A stretch of DNA of 64,000 bases from an uncultured Rivularia sp. (GCA_963665115.1 OY762007.1:2944001-3008000); one strand, 5' to 3'; numbered from the stretch's first letter, positions 9,933-21,168 are shown. Program-made: numbers and translations. The notes: generated by a model from the sequence alone, not told the origin.

Positions 9933-11765
9933 TTAGCTTTGCTCAGATAATTGAAGGTATTTTCTCCAAAACTCAATAGATTTCAAACGATTGAAGGCAT
10001 TTTTCCATTCTGAGTTTACATATGACCATTTATTAGTATTTTTCATAATGATTTGCAACCATCTAGCTAAAAGCTTAATCGCAACACTTCTATTCATGTC
10101 ATGCTGAGAAATAGAATCATTTCCTTCTCTCAGGAAAATAATCTGCTTTTTACCAAATGAACTGTACCAAAAGTCAGAAGAATCAGATCCTTTCCGACTG
10201 TATGCAGGCTTATTACTCAATAATAATTTTGGCAGTAAATGACCATTTAAACTTAGAAGTGAAATTATTTTTTTTAGACTTGTAATATTTGAGTTGTCAT
10301 TAAATTGATTGCCTGGAGAAGAATCAAATTTTTTAGTCTGAATATCGTAACTTTTGCTAAGTGCTACGACGCTTCCATGTAGCTTCTCTGGATCGGTGCT
10401 TTCAATGAATTCAGGACCTTTCATGTAATCTTCAAAGCCATTAATCATCATTAATGCAGTATTATAATCAAATGAGAATATGCTATATAATATTGACTTA
10501 GTAACAAACTTAACCATATTTAGATAGCTTGATGAGGAATGAATAGAATTTGCTACCAAATGATTTCGATATGTATAATAATTATCCCAAATTGGGTTTT
10601 TTGCATAGAAAGGTTCGTGCCAAACTGCTATTCCGGGGAAAGCTACTATTGATTTAGCAAGGCTTTTTTTAATCCTTAGTCCAAACTCCATATCGTCTAT
10701 CTTTATAAACAAGGGAAGTGGTAATCCTATTTCTTTAACAGTTTCTCTAGAAAAAGAGAAAAACCAAAATCCGCCATAGTCTGGACTCTCTTCTGAGAGT
10801 AAAAGATTAGTAACATTGGAATCTTCAAGATTAAGTTTTGGTTTTAAGCAAATTACTCCAAATGGATTATATTTGGCTTTTCCGTTACTATCTAAAGATT
10901 GCCCGTACAGCGCTCCTGCTTCATACAATATATGTTTGTTGTACAAATCCAACATACTGCCAGCAATAGCAAAGTCCTGTTTGGCATATTCGTACAAAGG
11001 GAAAAGTCGATAAAGAGATTCACTTTCTAGTTCTATATCATCATCCATGAAAAGAAAGTGTGTATGAGTATCAACTTGTAATGCTTGAATTAAGCCTCGC
11101 GTAAATCCTCCAGAACCTCCTACATTTCTGTTAGGAATTAATTTGACTTTTGAATTACTAAATTCATCTTGCTTTAGGGTTTTTCCATTATCGACGATGA
11201 AAACTTCCAACTGCTTGTCTTGCAATAATTCGTCCTTGAAAATTGCGTTAACTGTATTTTTTATATAAATTTCTTTCTTAAACGTACAGCTAATAATGCC
11301 TAAAGATACTTCCCTAGTTTTAGGTTGCTCGGTTGCAATGTTTCCACCGGAAAATAAGCCAGATTCACTTAAGCAAGTGATTTCAAGATAGATTCTGCCA
11401 GCATCTTCACTCCGCCAATTGTCTGGGAAAGCGATTTTTACAGGCTGCGAAAGTTGACAATTTTCAAAATTTTTTACAAGTGTAATTTCTCTATTTTCTA
11501 CACCATACTTTTCTCTATACAAAGATATTTGAAAATCACCTTCGAGCCTTAATAGGTAATATAGAGACTCAAGATCAGTATATTTGGCATAAAATGTTTC
11601 ATAAAATGAATTGAAGTAAGTGTTTAAAGAGATAACACTGTTTTCAGTTAGAGTAACTTCTGCATTTTCTTCCTGGATATCTAAATATGCACCTTTAGTG
11701 CAATTAATATACAGGCTAGAAGTTTCAAGTGTACGAGGAAATTGGATTCTGCTAATTATGTTCAT
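9933..11765 (-). CDS. GT2 galactofuranosyltransferase (GlfT2-like)
   Basis: NVGGSGGF, FMDDD, FIKIDDMEFG and WH motifs, with an N-terminal extension. Directly downstream of glf. Confidence 0.75.
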   Translation of the reverse strand: MNIISRIQFPRTLETSSLYINCTKGAYLDIQEENAEVTLTENSVISLNTYFNSFYETFYAKYTDLESLYYLLRLEGDFQISLYREKYGVENREITLVKNFENCQLSQPVKIAFPDNWRSEDAGRIYLEITCLSESGLFSGGNIATEQPKTREVSLGIISCTFKKEIYIKNTVNAIFKDELLQDKQLEVFIVDNGKTLKQDEFSNSKVKLIPNRNVGGSGGFTRGLIQALQVDTHTHFLFMDDDIELESESLYRLFPLYEYAKQDFAIAGSMLDLYNKHILYEAGALYGQSLDSNGKAKYNPFGVICLKPKLNLEDSNVTNLLLSEESPDYGGFWFFSFSRETVKEIGLPLPLFIKIDDMEFGLRIKKSLAKSIVAFPGIAVWHEPFYAKNPIWDNYYTYRNHLVANSIHSSSSYLNMVKFVTKSILYSIFSFDYNTALMMINGFEDYMKGPEFIESTDPEKLHGSVVALSKSYDIQTKKFDSSPGNQFNDNSNITSLKKIISLLSLNGHLLPKLLLSNKPAYSRKGSDSSDFWYSSFGKKQIIFLREGNDSISQHDMNRSVAIKLLARWLQIIMKNTNKWSYVNSEWKNAFNRLKSIEFWRKYLQLSEQS

Positions 11766-11824
11766 CTGAATCTTACTTACTTTTGAAATAGTTTATGTTT
11801 AGATAGTAGATGCCACACTCAGAT

Positions 11825-12949
11825 TCAACGATTAGCTATCTCTTTCTCAAACAGGCCAAGCGCTCGTAGCACTGTGTGATCCATATCGTAATACTTGTAA
11901 TCAGCAAGTCGTCCGGCAAAAAGTACTGTCCCGTTGAGTTTCTCTATTTCTTTTTGATAAAGATCGAGACGTTGACGGTTTTCTTCATTAAGAATGGGGT
12001 AATAAGGGTCATTTTTACCCGGTACATAAGCTTGAGGATATTCCATCACCAATGTAGTTTTGGATGAGTTTTGTCCTGACAAATACTTCTGTTCGGTAAT
12101 GCGGGTGATGTCATAGTCGTTGGGGTAGTTGACTGTACCAACTTCTTGATAGTGTTCTTGCTCCAAAGTTTCAAAGTGAAAACGCAAACTACGATATGGT
12201 AATTCGCCATGCATATAATCGAAGAAGGTATCAATCGGTCCGGTGCAAAGTATCCGGTTAAACGTAACGTCGTTGATAATTTCGCGATAATCCGTATTCA
12301 ACATCACCTTAATGTTGGGGTGATCCAACATTTTGTTAAACATTTCAGTGTAGCCAAGCTTGGGCATTGCTTGGTAGGGGTCTTGAAAATAACGGTTATC
12401 TCTGCTAATGTATACTGGAACACGTCCTGTTACTGCGCGATCTAGTTCCTCTGGTTTTACTCCCCACTGTTTCATAGTGTAGCGGAGGAAGACGTTATCA
12501 TAGATATAGTCGGCTAAAAAAGTTAAGTCACCGCTAGCACTTTCACGCAGTTTTAAAATGGGTACTTTGACCCCAAAACCGAAGTTTTCTAAGAGTAAAT
12601 TCTCCAGCTTTTCTGCGTATTTTGGCGGAAAAAGGGCGTAAAGAGAATTTAAATTAAAGGGGATAGGAACCTTTTTACCTTCCACTACTCCCAGCACATG
12701 GTGATAGTAATGTCTCCACTCAGTAAATTGGGAGAGATAATCCCAAACTTTTTTAGATTTGGTGTGGAAAATATGAGGTCCGTATTTGTGAACTAAAATG
12801 CCATGTTCATTGTAGTAGTCGTAGGCATTACCGCCAATATGATTCCGTTTTTCTACAATCAGTACTCGGTGGCCTAGTTCATTTGCGACTCGTTCGGCGA
12901 TGACGCAAGCAGAATATCCAGCGCCGATAATTAACCAATCAAATTTCAT
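11825..12949 (-). CDS. glf: UDP-galactopyranose mutase
   Basis: GAGYS FAD-binding motif, HIGGN, YGPHIFHT, PYRSL and GRLADYKYYDM. Confidence 0.96.
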   Translation of the reverse strand: MKFDWLIIGAGYSACVIAERVANELGHRVLIVEKRNHIGGNAYDYYNEHGILVHKYGPHIFHTKSKKVWDYLSQFTEWRHYYHHVLGVVEGKKVPIPFNLNSLYALFPPKYAEKLENLLLENFGFGVKVPILKLRESASGDLTFLADYIYDNVFLRYTMKQWGVKPEELDRAVTGRVPVYISRDNRYFQDPYQAMPKLGYTEMFNKMLDHPNIKVMLNTDYREIINDVTFNRILCTGPIDTFFDYMHGELPYRSLRFHFETLEQEHYQEVGTVNYPNDYDITRITEQKYLSGQNSSKTTLVMEYPQAYVPGKNDPYYPILNEENRQRLDLYQKEIEKLNGTVLFAGRLADYKYYDMDHTVLRALGLFEKEIANR

Positions 12950-13147
12950 TTTTTACGTTTCCTTAATTAGACATCTTTATCCACAGAATTTTGATTCATG
13001 TATATCAAAAATCACTCGACTTATACTAGATTAATTCATTGTTTGTCTAGCTAAAATATCCTGAATTAATATGAATATTTCAGCAAAAACTAACTGCACT
13101 CTTGCCTTAGTAGCAAACGAGAGCTAATAGTGATTATTTATCAATTA

Positions 13148-14584
13148 TCAAGCAGGGTTACTCAATGTTTTTACCAGAATACTACGTTTGATTTTGCCTA
13201 CCATAACTCTTAAGTTATGAGTAGCACTGAGTATATTCGGATTGAGGATAATTCTGAAAATGATGTTACTTCTAGCAACTGAAGCAGGTGTCCATGCACC
13301 ATTAAATGACTGCTTACCAAAAATGAGTAGTTTCAAACAATTAATCACACTATAAGCAGGTGCTAATTCATAAAGTACTTTCTCAGCCTGATCATCAGCA
13401 ATTAAGAAAGAACCAAAAACTTTAGATTCTTCAAAGGAAGGATGATAGATTAAAGAATCTACCAAAATATCGGCAGATATCAAAAATAGTTCGACGGAAC
13501 AATCGGACTCACTCAAATTAATAGTCAACTGTTGCGTAAACTCAACTACAGCATTTTGAAGGATATATAACCCCCAATCAATTGCAGTTTGGTTTTTTTG
13601 ATAGCGTAGAACTGGAATATACCCATCGCCTTGCATTTCATATTTCATGGTACCACCATGATCGGCGGATACAAACATCTCAATTATATGTCTGTACTGA
13701 GAAATATGCTTACCTGGTTTCTCTATAGTATAAAATGCCAGCAATTGGTCAGTAGAAAGAGCTTTTAGTTGTTTTTCTAAGCCAAAGTAAAATCCATAAA
13801 CTCCTGATTCCGGATATAATCCAGCACTTTTTAACAAGTTACTGAAAGAACGGTGTGCCCGCCCCAGCCAACCGATATCAACAATCGCAAAAGGTAAACC
13901 ATCACCAATTTTTTCTTGACGGAAATAACCAATTGCCCTTTCACGATAGGTAGCAGCAGTCGCTAGAATTAATTCCACCACCTGTGCTTCTCGAAAAACC
14001 TGCTTGAGTTGGTCGCGCTCGTTACGATTAAGATTGCGATTCCACTCAGATTTAGCAAAGTCAAACCTTTCTAGCACATCTTTAATTTGCTCTGGGGTGA
14101 TATTTACCCGTTCGCACACTGAATGCACTGATAAAAACGTCGTGCCCTCTATTATCCATGCTAATTCGGCTTCCCCAACCTGCATTAATGCAGGAGCGTG
14201 CCATGCTTGACGAGAACCGTAGAAATAGCGACACTCAATATTATATTCCCAGTTTTTACAGATAATTTGGGCAATTTTGTGTAATATCTGTCCATCTCTA
14301 GCAACAAAATAGAGTCTTTTAATTCCTCTTTTTTTAGCTTCTACTAAGCACCAATGAACGAAGCCAAACAATATCGGCGCGATCGCACTAGCGGTTGTAT
14401 CCCAGATAACTTGTTTATCAAAACTTGTTTCTTTTGATTGCAAGCGGGTATCTTTACTGACTTTAGCAAGTAGGTTGCGGAAGTCGGATGGTAGCTGGGA
14501 GTCTTGTAAAATCAGTTTTTCGTATCGATTTAGGTGAGTTATCATAAAATTCTCGTCATGAAGATTTGCATTCAACGCAATCAA
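13148..14584 (-). CDS. Putative glycan phosphoribosyltransferase (gPRT) paralogue lacking the N-terminal HAD domain
   Basis: YFVARDG and VDIGWLGR. Highly similar to the C-terminal two-thirds of the adjacent gene starting at THLNRYEKLI. Confidence 0.65.
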   Translation of the reverse strand: MIALNANLHDENFMITHLNRYEKLILQDSQLPSDFRNLLAKVSKDTRLQSKETSFDKQVIWDTTASAIAPILFGFVHWCLVEAKKRGIKRLYFVARDGQILHKIAQIICKNWEYNIECRYFYGSRQAWHAPALMQVGEAELAWIIEGTTFLSVHSVCERVNITPEQIKDVLERFDFAKSEWNRNLNRNERDQLKQVFREAQVVELILATAATYRERAIGYFRQEKIGDGLPFAIVDIGWLGRAHRSFSNLLKSAGLYPESGVYGFYFGLEKQLKALSTDQLLAFYTIEKPGKHISQYRHIIEMFVSADHGGTMKYEMQGDGYIPVLRYQKNQTAIDWGLYILQNAVVEFTQQLTINLSESDCSVELFLISADILVDSLIYHPSFEESKVFGSFLIADDQAEKVLYELAPAYSVINCLKLLIFGKQSFNGAWTPASVARSNIIFRIILNPNILSATHNLRVMVGKIKRSILVKTLSNPA

Positions 14585-14639
14585 CTACGATAGACCTTTC
14601 ATCTATTCGAGTTACAAGTGGGTATATCAGCATAAATAA

Positions 14640-16659
14640 TTAAGTAGCTTTACTTAGTGCCTTCCTGAAGATGCTACGTCTCAAGTAACCTCCAATCACT
14701 CTCAGAGGATGAACTATATTGACTATTCTTTCATTCATCAATATTTTGAAAATAGGGTTGCTTCTTTTAAACGCTCCTGGTACCCAAACATTCTGATGTG
14801 GATGTTTACCGCGACTTATAAGTCGAAAACAGTCAATCAAATTGTAAGCAGGTGATAGTTCATAAAGTCTATTTTCACCTTGATCTTCAGCCATTAAGAA
14901 AGAGCCAAAGACTTTTGCTTCATCCAAAGAAGGATTTTGCACAAACTCTTCCATCAAAAGATTAGTTGCTTGAATAAATAATTCGGTGGGACATTCCTGC
15001 TGACTCAAATTTGTTGTTAATTGTTTAGAAAACTCAACAGTGGCATTCTGAAGAACGTATAGTCCCCAATCAATTGCGACTTGATTCTTTTGATAGCGCA
15101 AAACAGGATTATATTGATTGCCGCATTGCTCGTATTTAACTGTACCACCATGATCTGCGGCGAAAAATAACTCAAATAGACATCTGTATTGGCAAATTAG
15201 ATCGCGATCGCCTACAGGGTTGTCACCGTCATAGAAATAAGTAAGTAGTTTGTCGTTTGGAAATGCTTTAACTCGTTTTTCCAAAGCAAAGTAAAATCCA
15301 TGCATACCGGATTCTGGATATAACCCGGCACTTTTAAGTACTTTGCTCAAAGAAGCAAGCGACCCTTCCAGTCCATCCAATATCGACAATCCCAAATAAG
15401 CCATCACCCATTTTTTCTTGGCGGAAATATCCAATTGCTGCTTCTCGGTAACTAGTAGCAGTTGCGACAATTAACTCTACTACTTGTGGTTCTTGAAAAG
15501 CTTGTTTTAGGTGCTTGCGTTCGTCAGAACTCAGATTATGATTCCATTCGGATTTAACAAAGCCAAATTTTTCCAAAACATCTTCAATCTGCTCTGGTGC
15601 TATATTAACCCGTTCGCAAACTGAATGTACTGATAAAAATGTTGTATCATTAAAAATCCAGAAGTATTCTGCTTCTCCAACCTGCATCAATGAAGGTGCG
15701 TGCCAAGCTTGCCGGGAACCATATAAATAGCGACAATCAATTTCGTATTTCCAATTTTTACAAATCTCTTGAGCTATTTTATGAAGAACTTGCCCATCTC
15801 TGGCAACAAAATAAAGCCTTTTAATTCCTCTTTTTTTAGCTTCTTCCAGACACCAATAAACATACCCGAATAGCACGGGAGCGATCGCACTAGCAGTTGT
15901 GTCCCAGATTACTTTTTTATCAATACTTGTTTCCTTTGACTGCAATCTGGTCAGTCGGCTCATTCCAGCAAGCAGGGAGCGAAAACGTAATGGTAATTTG
16001 GAGTCTTCTACAATCAGTTTTTCGTATCGATTTAAGTGGGTTTGAGTAATGGGTTCAACCTTAACTCCTTGTTTTTTAGCCATTTTCACGTCAGAGTGTA
16101 AGTTGTCTCCAATATGAGTTAACTCAGACGCTTTGACTGACTCATTTTTCAAGCAATGTTGATATAATTTACCATTTGCTTTGCTTTTTTCTATTTCGGA
16201 TGAGACATACAAAGTACTATCCGGTGTCCAGACATTGTTTTCTTTGAGAAAAGTCCGAATTGTTTCCTCAGATAAATACATATCTGACATATAGATCAGC
16301 CGATTATTTACTTGTTGTAATTTTTGTATTCTTTGCTGTATTGCTGGTACCGGACGCAAAGAAGCCAACTCTAGCTCAATTTCTTTGTGCATAGCTTGTT
16401 GAGCTTGAGTTGTTGACCAACCCAACAAAGGAGCTAATTGTTGATAGATTTGTTGTACGCTGACTTCTCCAGTTTTCGATGCATCTCTGGCTGCGCTTTC
16501 TGCTTTTATCCGTATCTGCTGCCAAGAATCTGCTGATACCTCGATTAATTTTTGTTGCCTGAACTGTTCTCCCAATTCCCAAAATAAGTCTGTGGGTTTT
16601 GCCCAGACTCGAACTAAACACGTTTCAAATACATCGAAGGAGTAGACTTTTGTAACCAT
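14640..16659 (-). CDS. HAD phosphatase + PRT-like fusion, putative ribofuranosyltransferase; +1 frameshift at ~15363-15365
   Basis: SFDVFET, SDMY, K..G, HIGDNLHSDV, YFVARDG and VDIGWTGR. Removing one base joins the two ORFs as GWTGRSLASLSKVLKSAG, colinear with the paralogue. Confidence 0.7.
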
Positions 16660-16718
16660 AATTACTCAATGTTAATTTCCAAATTACTTGATTTTGTGAT
16701 TTATAATGGTCGTTTACT

Positions 16719-17711
16719 TTAAGTAAACAAGCTACTCATGGAAGCTTCTTTATGAATCCGAAAAATAGCTTCACCAATATAGTTGGCGATAGATATTACT
16801 TTTAATTGTGAAAAATGCTTTTCTTTCGGAATCGGAATCGTATTTGTGACTATTACTTCTTCAAGACAACCACTTGATAGTCGTTCAACCGCAGGAGAAG
16901 ACAACACTGCATGGGTTGCACAAGCATAAACTTGTCTTGCTCCTTCTTGACGAAGAATCTTTGCTGCTTCTGTAATAGTTCCAGCAGTATCAATCATGTC
17001 ATCTACAAGAATGGCAGTCTTACCACGCACATCACCAATAACATTCATTACTTCAGCACAGTTATGAGCTTGACGGCGTTTATCAACAATAGCGAGTGGA
17101 GCATCATTAAGCTTTTTGGCAAATCCTCTTGCCCTAGCTACACCTCCGATATCGGGAGAAACTACTACAACATTGGAGAGATTTTTATTGCGAATGTAGT
17201 TTAAGAGAACAGGGGAACCGTAGATATGATCTACAGGAATATCAAAAAATCCTTGAACTTGGGCAGAATGTAAATCTACTGCGACTACTCGATCTGCCCC
17301 TGCTTGAGTAATCAAGTTTGCGACTAGTTTAGCTGTGATTGCTTCACGTCCGGTAACTTTACGATCTGCTCTGGCGTAACCGTAGTAAGGTAAGACTGCC
17401 GTAATCTGCCGTGCTGAAGCCCGACGGCAGGCATCAATCAAAATCATCAATTCCATGAGGCAATCGTTGACAGAATGGCAAGTTGGCTGAATTAGAAAAA
17501 CATCGCCACCCCGAATTGACTCTTGAATTTGCACATAAATTTCGCCATCTGCAAACTGTTTGCGAACTGTAGGAATTAAATCAACGCCTAGATAACGAGC
17601 GGTATCTTCAGCTAGTCCAACATTAGCCGAACCTGAGACAAGACAAAAGCGATCGCTGTCGGAAATTTTTGATCTAGTTGATGGACGAGGTGCGGTTGCA
17701 GAGCTAATCAT
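16719..17711 (-). CDS. prs: Ribose-phosphate pyrophosphokinase (PRPP synthetase)
   Basis: FADGE, PYYGYARADRK, DLHSAQ, SPDIGG and VDDMIDTAGT. Confidence 0.96.
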   Translation of the reverse strand: MISSATAPRPSTRSKISDSDRFCLVSGSANVGLAEDTARYLGVDLIPTVRKQFADGEIYVQIQESIRGGDVFLIQPTCHSVNDCLMELMILIDACRRASARQITAVLPYYGYARADRKVTGREAITAKLVANLITQAGADRVVAVDLHSAQVQGFFDIPVDHIYGSPVLLNYIRNKNLSNVVVVSPDIGGVARARGFAKKLNDAPLAIVDKRRQAHNCAEVMNVIGDVRGKTAILVDDMIDTAGTITEAAKILRQEGARQVYACATHAVLSSPAVERLSSGCLEEVIVTNTIPIPKEKHFSQLKVISIANYIGEAIFRIHKEASMSSLFT

Positions 17712-17778
17712 AGGATAATTTCCTCAAGAATTTATCAGCTTTTAATGAAGTTCGCGGTCAAATTTTTGGTAGATCGTG

Positions 17779-19041
17779 TTACACCTTGAATAGTTGTTTT
17801 GATTGCTTTATATCGTCCGAAAGCGGAAGATTTTGGTAGATTTTCAAATGCCTTTCGAGAAACGCAGTCTTAGAAAAGTTATTTTCAACATCCTTTCTTG
17901 CCTGCTGACCCATTTCTCTCAAGTTAGGAGATAATAATGCTTGACGCAATGCTTGGTTTAATGCTTGTTGGTTGGCTGGTTCAACTAAAATACCGTTGCT
18001 TCCAGATTGGATCATTTCTGGAACTCCTCCGGTGGCAAAACTAACTACTGGAGTAGACGCAGCCATTGCTTCAAGAACTGTAAGTGGCAGATTATCGGCA
18101 AGAGTACAGAAAAGCATAATATCTGCTGCTGAATAAACCTGAGCCAAAAGTTGAGGGTCTTTTATATAACCCATTTCTTTAACCTCAAGCCCTTCTAATG
18201 CCTGCTTCAATTCCGTGTTACAAATTCCTACCGAGATAACAATTGGAGACAAATCGCGCACGCTTTGAAGAGCGGCGATCGCAAACTTCACTCCCTTACG
18301 AGGATCGTCGAGAACGTGTGCTGAAATGGCAACTACTGGACGATTTTCTGGAATGCCTAAACTAATTTTTACATCCTCTTTTTTTTCCGTAGGGAAAGGT
18401 TTTAAATCAATACCATAAGGAATGACTAAAGGTGACGTATTAAATTTAAGTGACTTATGAGCTTCTGAAAGCATCCAATTGCTCGGAAATATGTAGCGAA
18501 TAGGAAAGCGATCTGCAACCCATCGTTTAATTGACTGAACTTGTCTTGTGCGATCGGGAATTGGTTTTTGATTTTTCCCTATTGGTAATTGAGGACACTG
18601 ATGACAATGGGTAGTAAACTTATCACAGTCCATTGGGTAAAGACAATAACCCGTGAAAGCTGAACAGTCATGTACCGTAAAAAAAGTGGGTTTCCGTCGA
18701 GCCGTTAAAGCTAAGGTAAGCGGAGATATAGCAGTATATAAATCGTGAAAATGAACAATATCGTAATTATCAATAACCCAATTCAGATTTATCCAATATT
18801 CAGCAGGAAAAAGTTCGTAGAAACCTAATTCATTTGTCTTTTGATGAATTTTTTTACAAAGTTTAATTCTACGACCACCTCCATAAAGATTTTGCTGAAA
18901 TGAAAGGGGTTCGTTACAGTGAAAAGCAACAAAATGGTCTGCCAAATGTCCAGCATCATTTAACCAAGCAGCCAAGTCCTCAGCGACTCTACTTGCTCCA
19001 CCTCCACTTCTATCAGATTTACTAACAACGGCTACTTTCAT
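17779..19041 (-). CDS. Glycosyltransferase family 4 (WcaC-like)
   Basis: GGAS, TVHD, Cys cluster C..C..CPQL, DPRKG and DNLPLTVLEAMA. Confidence 0.88.
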   Translation of the reverse strand: MKVAVVSKSDRSGGGASRVAEDLAAWLNDAGHLADHFVAFHCNEPLSFQQNLYGGGRRIKLCKKIHQKTNELGFYELFPAEYWINLNWVIDNYDIVHFHDLYTAISPLTLALTARRKPTFFTVHDCSAFTGYCLYPMDCDKFTTHCHQCPQLPIGKNQKPIPDRTRQVQSIKRWVADRFPIRYIFPSNWMLSEAHKSLKFNTSPLVIPYGIDLKPFPTEKKEDVKISLGIPENRPVVAISAHVLDDPRKGVKFAIAALQSVRDLSPIVISVGICNTELKQALEGLEVKEMGYIKDPQLLAQVYSAADIMLFCTLADNLPLTVLEAMAASTPVVSFATGGVPEMIQSGSNGILVEPANQQALNQALRQALLSPNLREMGQQARKDVENNFSKTAFLERHLKIYQNLPLSDDIKQSKQLFKV

Positions 19042-19064
19042 TTTTGATAAATATTAAGTATTTT

Positions 19065-20174
19065 CTATGTGTTTGCTTTGATTATTGCTTTAAATTTTAA
19101 TTTGCCTACTATACGTAATAGCAAATTTTTTATACCTTTAATATAATATTTAACTAATCCTAATGGGTACCACATTAATGTGTATAGAGAGATATAAATT
19201 TTTGCTATAAATTCATCTTTATTACTTAAAGTTTTCATCCAGGCAATAAATTGGTTGCCTGTTAAGGTCTGTAATTCTTTAGATAGCTCGCTTTTAGAAA
19301 TGCTATTTGACGTTTTTCGATTAACAAATGCCCTAGTTATTTCCTTCATCAGATTATGTGTTACTATAAGCTTTTTATTAACTGGAATAGTTTTCGTTCT
19401 ACCATACTCCATCCAGAATTCTTTTAAAAATAACGCTTCTTCAAAACTGATTTCTTTGCCGATTAACTGATGAATGTTCTGTTTAACTTGATTTATGACA
19501 TAAGCTTCTTGCTCAGAACTTTTTACCAAACTTATACTTTGATTATGACGACGCTGTTGTAATAAAACTTCCGGTAATATAAAAATTTTTCTAATTTTAA
19601 CTATACGACACCAAAGCTCGTAGTCTTGGCTATAACGGTAGCTCTCACAATAGCCACCTAGATCTAGTACTAGTTTTTTTCTAAAAACTACTTGGCTGTG
19701 ACCTGATAAGCGGTTAAAGAACAATAAATACCAAGCTACTAAATCAGGAGCACAAGCACTTAAATCTTTTCCTATAAAACCACCTTCAGGGTTAATATAT
19801 TCTATTTCACAAGACGCTAAAGCAACTTCTAAATGTTTATCAAGTAATAATACTTGTTTCTCAAAACGTTGAGAAAAAGAAATATCATCTGCATCCTGAC
19901 GCGCAATATATTCTCCTTTTGCTATATTTAGCCCTTTATTAAGTGACTTTGTTAAGCCAATATTTTCTTCATTATTAACTAAAACAATACGCGAATCTTT
20001 TTCTGCATATTCGTTGATAATTTCCCAACTATTATCAGTAGAACAATCATTAATTATAATAAATTCAAAATCAGTAAAAGTTTGATTTAGAATACTTTCT
20101 ATAGATTCTCGCAAATAAACAGAGCCATTATAAACCGACATTAACACGCTGATTTTAGGCGTTGATGTATTCAT
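19065..20174 (-). CDS. Glycosyltransferase family 2
   Basis: SVYN, NDCSTD, RQDADD and QDYELW. Likely start is the ATG at 20174. Confidence 0.9.
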   Translation of the reverse strand: MNTSTPKISVLMSVYNGSVYLRESIESILNQTFTDFEFIIINDCSTDNSWEIINEYAEKDSRIVLVNNEENIGLTKSLNKGLNIAKGEYIARQDADDISFSQRFEKQVLLLDKHLEVALASCEIEYINPEGGFIGKDLSACAPDLVAWYLLFFNRLSGHSQVVFRKKLVLDLGGYCESYRYSQDYELWCRIVKIRKIFILPEVLLQQRRHNQSISLVKSSEQEAYVINQVKQNIHQLIGKEISFEEALFLKEFWMEYGRTKTIPVNKKLIVTHNLMKEITRAFVNRKTSNSISKSELSKELQTLTGNQFIAWMKTLSNKDEFIAKIYISLYTLMWYPLGLVKYYIKGIKNLLLRIVGKLKFKAIIKANT

Positions 20175-20178
20175 ATTT

Positions 20179-21168
20179 TTATACTTGGTAATAAGAACGA
20201 TACCACTCGACAAAATATTTCAGACCTACATCCAGTGATGTCTCGGGCTTAAAGCCTGTATCTTTAATTAAATCCTCGATATCAGCGTATGTTTCTGGAA
20301 CATCACCTGGTTGCATTGGAAGCAGTTCTTTTTGAGCTTTTACCCCAAGGTGTTTTTCTAAAGTCTCGATAAAGTCAATAAGATTAACGGGCTGATTGTT
20401 ACCAATGTTATAAATTTTGTAAGGTGCTGATTTTGTTTCTGCTGTTAAATTCGATTGAGGAATTTTGTTTGTAACTTTAACTATTCCTTCTACAATGTCA
20501 TCAATATAGGTAAAATCCCGGCGCATTTTACCGTAGTTAAATACTTTAATTGGTTTTCCACTTAAAATTGATTTAGTGAATGAAAAATAAGCCATATCAG
20601 GTCTACCCCAAGGACCGTAAACCGTGAAAAATCGCAGACCTGTTGTTGGTATTTGATATAAATGGCTGTAGGTATATGCCATTAACTCGTTAGCTTTTTT
20701 CGTTGCTGCATACAGGCTAACTGGATGATCAACTTGATCGCCTACAGCAAAGGGAATCTTGGTGTTTGCGCCGTAAACTGAGCTTGAAGAGGCATAAACG
20801 AAATGTTGTACTTCTACGCGACGGCACCCTTCTAAGATATTAGTAAAGCCTACTAAGTTACTGTCAATGTAAGCATGGGGATGCGTTATCGAGTAACGAA
20901 CACCTGCTTGGGCTGCTAGGTGAATTACTACATCTGGTTTGCTGTTAGCAAATAATTCATCTACTTTAGACCGATTTGCCAAGTCTAATTGAAAGAATTG
21001 GAAATTTTTGCGATTGAATAATTGTTCTAAGCGTGCCTGTTTTAAGCTGACATCATAGTAGTCATTTAAGTTATCAATACCGATGATAGTTTGACCGTTG
21101 GCTAATAATTGTTGGCTTAGATGAAAGCCAACGAAACCTGCTGCTCCTGTAACTAAAATTTTGCTCAT
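20179..21168 (-). CDS. NAD-dependent epimerase (UDP-glucuronate 4-epimerase-like)
   Basis: TGAAGFVG, HLAAQAGVRYS, YAATK, RFFTVYGPWGRPDMA and QPGDV. Confidence 0.92.
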   Translation of the reverse strand: MSKILVTGAAGFVGFHLSQQLLANGQTIIGIDNLNDYYDVSLKQARLEQLFNRKNFQFFQLDLANRSKVDELFANSKPDVVIHLAAQAGVRYSITHPHAYIDSNLVGFTNILEGCRRVEVQHFVYASSSSVYGANTKIPFAVGDQVDHPVSLYAATKKANELMAYTYSHLYQIPTTGLRFFTVYGPWGRPDMAYFSFTKSILSGKPIKVFNYGKMRRDFTYIDDIVEGIVKVTNKIPQSNLTAETKSAPYKIYNIGNNQPVNLIDFIETLEKHLGVKAQKELLPMQPGDVPETYADIEDLIKDTGFKPETSLDVGLKYFVEWYRSYYQV

